Source: Eledone cirrhosa
Taxonomy: Eukaryota
DNA: 64,000 nucleotides
Direction of reading: 5' to 3'
Assembly (NCBI GenBank): GCA_964016885.1
Contig: OZ024745.1
Span: forward strand, 107,880,001 to 107,944,000
The notes under the pieces were generated by a model. That model worked only from the letters and a program-made list of their open reading frames with translations. It made no database searches and was not told the DNA's origin. Shown piece after piece: positions 60,681-64,000 of the stretch (position 1 is its first letter; every line of letters starts with the position of its first letter). The position numbers and the translations under genes are program-made.

Positions 60681-61224
60681 AAACCAAGTAAATTTAAATA
60701 CATAGAAGAAAATCGTACTTTATGTAAACATGGAAACCTTACGCACTATTCCAGTGAAATAATTAATATGTGAGCTCGGTGTTATCCGTTATCCCATGTA
60801 ACAACAGAAATCCAGTCTAGGTATACATTTTTTTGACAACAGTAAAACCTTTTGTTTAAAATCCGAATGAGCCGAATTGTAATAATCAAAATCCCCAAAC
60901 AAAATGTTTGACAACATCAAAAATGAGTTCCTATTGTATTGACGAAAGATAACTCTTGTCTTACTTAATTACGAAATATTGACGAAAGATAACTCTTGTC
61001 TTACTTAATCACGAAAATTGACACAAATAACCGAAATGTTTTAATGTCTCCAAAGCCCCATTATCGATTTTTGAAAGCCTTTGTAGATCGTGTACAGGTT
61101 TTGTGCAAGGAGAAGCTCTGTAAAAAAATTCAAAGAAATCGCATGAATGGTTTAGAATATATGAGCCCTCATTAAAAATTGTCCACACACACATACAGAA
61201 AACTACATTTTTATATATATACAC

Positions 61225-61266
<42 letters not shown>

Positions 61267-61301
61267 ACATACATATATATATATATATATGTGTGTGTAC
61301 A

Positions 61302-61335
<34 letters not shown>

Positions 61336-61404
61336 CATATATAGATAGATAGATATGTATATAAATTTAGTATTTCTAATGAAACACGGTATGTTTACAG
61401 AGTA

Positions 61405-61442
<38 letters not shown>

Positions 61443-61450
<8 letters not shown>

Positions 61451-61964
61451 TTTCGTATCTCCAAAGAAATACGGTTTTAGGAAGCTGTAGCTATGCAAAT
61501 ACCGGGGGGGGGGGGGGGGGGGGGGCTATCGTCCTCTGGTGATGTCCAGCAGAAGCAAGAGGGACAACCGTCTATGCATTTCAGGGTTAACTGGCCTTCG
61601 TCAGGACGGTCCCTCCCACCGCTTGCGACTGCTGGACTAAAAGACAGCCGAGAATATATACATTTCTCGTCTGGGTAAATGAGGTGATTAATCTCATTTG
61701 CATATGAAGCTGCATAAGTTGGCATATGCAAATGAGATTAATCACCTCATTTACCCTGACGAGAAAACTATATATTCTCGCCTGTCTTCTAGTCCAGCAG
61801 TCGCAAGCGGTGAGAGGGACCGTCCTGACGAAGGCCAGTTAAGCCTGAAATGCATAGACGGTTGTCTCCCTTGCTGGACACCACCAGAGGGCGATAGCCC
61901 CCCGGTATTTGCATAGCTACGGCTTCCTAAAACCGTATTTCTTTGGAGATACGAAATATTTATA
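61443..61964. mobile_element. GC-rich fold-back element in (TA)n with textbook hammerheads on both arms
   Basis: ~250-bp diverged arms, apex ~61705-61722; accgtc CTGACGA aggc-cagttaa-gcct GAAA TGCA TA gacggt at 61819-61862, mirror copy at 61567-61610. Confidence 0.9.
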
Positions 61965-64000
61965 CATATTGTATAAAGCTATGCTTGAAGCGAAATCCTA
62001 TTTCTCATATATATATATACACATACATACATTATATACATGCATATATGATTTCCTTCGAATGAAACAATTCTAATCTTGCAATTTCTATATTAAATAT
62101 TATACATATATATATATATATATATATGCATATACATACATTAGACATATCCATCCATTCATACATATAGTATATTCACACATCCATCTATACACACGCA
62201 CATTAGTTAGATGCATGGAAACCTACTCACACGCATACATATATACATACTTACATACATATATACATATATCCATACACACATACATGCATACTCTCAC
62301 ACATACATACATACATATTACATACATACGTATATACATACGTACATACATACTATATACATACATACTACACACATGCTATATAATGCTTCACACAACT
62401 ACTTCAACTATCAAGTTAATTTACACCTCAACAATATATCTAGTTAAATACGCTAAGCAATTCTTTTATATAATTAACTGAAGCTCCGTAAAGATAGTGG
62501 AATTAGAATGCATGTCACTATGGCACGTCAAATCTTTTTTGTTTTCTCTATGAGCAAGTATGCAATGAGCGTAATATAAAACCGTTAATACTAACAAGGT
62601 TTTCTCCCACACACACCTTAATCAACTGAAGCAGAAAGCGAAATGATAAGGCAACAATAATCTTGCAGCTTTACCTTGATTTGTTTCGATTGTGTTGACA
62701 GCAAGTTAGTTATTCTGTTGGAGTTAGCTTCATTAAATCGGGTTTGTTTTCTTTCGTGAAATGTGATAAGCTGAATCTGCCAAATTCATCAACTATTTTA
62801 CATTAAAAACACATGAATTGAAAATAGATAGATACGACCTCAAAGAGGTCGTTTATCCTGATAGAAATTATAACTAAATCTACTTCAAAACCACACTATT
62901 CCGTCTAAAAAGAAGGGTACATTGTATAATGTAAATCTTGCATGTGCAATGCTGTGGGTGAGGCTGGAGATGTGAGAGTTATGGCTAGAATGTTCTTTGG
63001 TCAATAGAGCTGTGTTTAGCAGATTGAGCGACCAGATAAAGGTTTTCTCGTTGTTAAGGTAGTGGTTGAGGTTTAGCAGCATTTCAGCCTTAATTGAGCT
63101 GACCTATGATTAAATAATCTTTAGCCCTGACAATACCGAATATTGAGATAAGGTTTATCTCAAATTATATTATATAAAATATACTTCTTGTCTTTAAAGA
63201 AGTTTAGCTCCTATTTTTAGCAGGCCAATCGACTGCTTTGATGGCTCCTTCGTTGACTCGTATTAATCGGCGGTGAAAGTTAACTGGGTTAAATGTCACG
63301 ACATGACAAGGTCAGAGTTAATTACTCTTACTCCAAACACTATGTATCTCAGGATTTAATTCAATAGGTGGGGAGCAATTATTATTATTTTCCGTGTATT
63401 TTGGGTGGAATGCTATCATCTTTCATCCAACTCGCCAGTTAAAATGTCAACAAATTCTTGCTGTTCATATCATGATAATGATTATAAAAACACCGACAAT
63501 AACAATAATTATTATTTATAGTGGATTGGCAGTATCGGTAGAGGGTCGGACGCCATGCTTTCCAGCATAGTTACGTCCCTTTATGATCTGAGTTCAAATC
63601 CCGCCGAGGTTGACTTTACCTTTCATCCTTACGGGGTCGATAAAATAAAGTACCAGTAATGCACTGGGTAATTGCTGGCCTTGTGCCTAAAGTAGAAACA
63701 ATTATTTATACTATAGACACAAGGCCAACAATTTTGGGGAGGTGATAGTTGATTAAATCGACCTCAGTGTATTACTGGTACTTTATTTTATCGACTCCAT
63801 AAGGATGAAAGGAAAAGTTAATCTCGGCGGGATTTGAAATCAGAACGCAAAGAGCCGTAACTCTATGCCGCAGTAAGAGGGCACCAAAACTATCTCTTCA
63901 CTCTTTAGGGTCACCAAAGAATGAGACTTCGCCTCTTGGGGGGTGGCAAAAAGTACATCCACGGTGGCATATGTTTTGCCTCGGTTGATGTGGGTTTTTC

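Overview
AT-rich metazoan genomic DNA extremely dense in microsatellites ((TA)n, (CA)n, (GA)n, (GATA)n). The repeat landscape resembles a cephalopod such as Octopus, which is an inference. I recognise no intact host protein-coding gene, and almost all listed ORFs are translations of microsatellites. The window is a mosaic of mobile elements: >15 copies of a tRNA-derived SINE, non-autonomous Helitrons, mariner/Tc1 and hAT relics, LINE fragments (Tx1/L1, CRE, RTE, CR1, Vingi-like) and two Penelope-like element (PLE) coding fragments. The most striking structure is a population of short fold-back (inverted-repeat) insertions in (TA)n tracts, from at least 10 sequence-unrelated families. Most carry a minimal type I hammerhead ribozyme (HHR) motif, about 20 motifs found by eye, and the hairpin apex usually lies at or just upstream of the ribozyme. 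Several HHRs have a compensatory U3-A8 core or a greatly enlarged stem II. A 4.3-kb fold-back Neptune-like PLE (RT thumb plus GIY-YIG) has the same architecture and is a likely model for the mobilising machinery. All ribozyme calls come from manual motif and pairing inspection; activity is untested.
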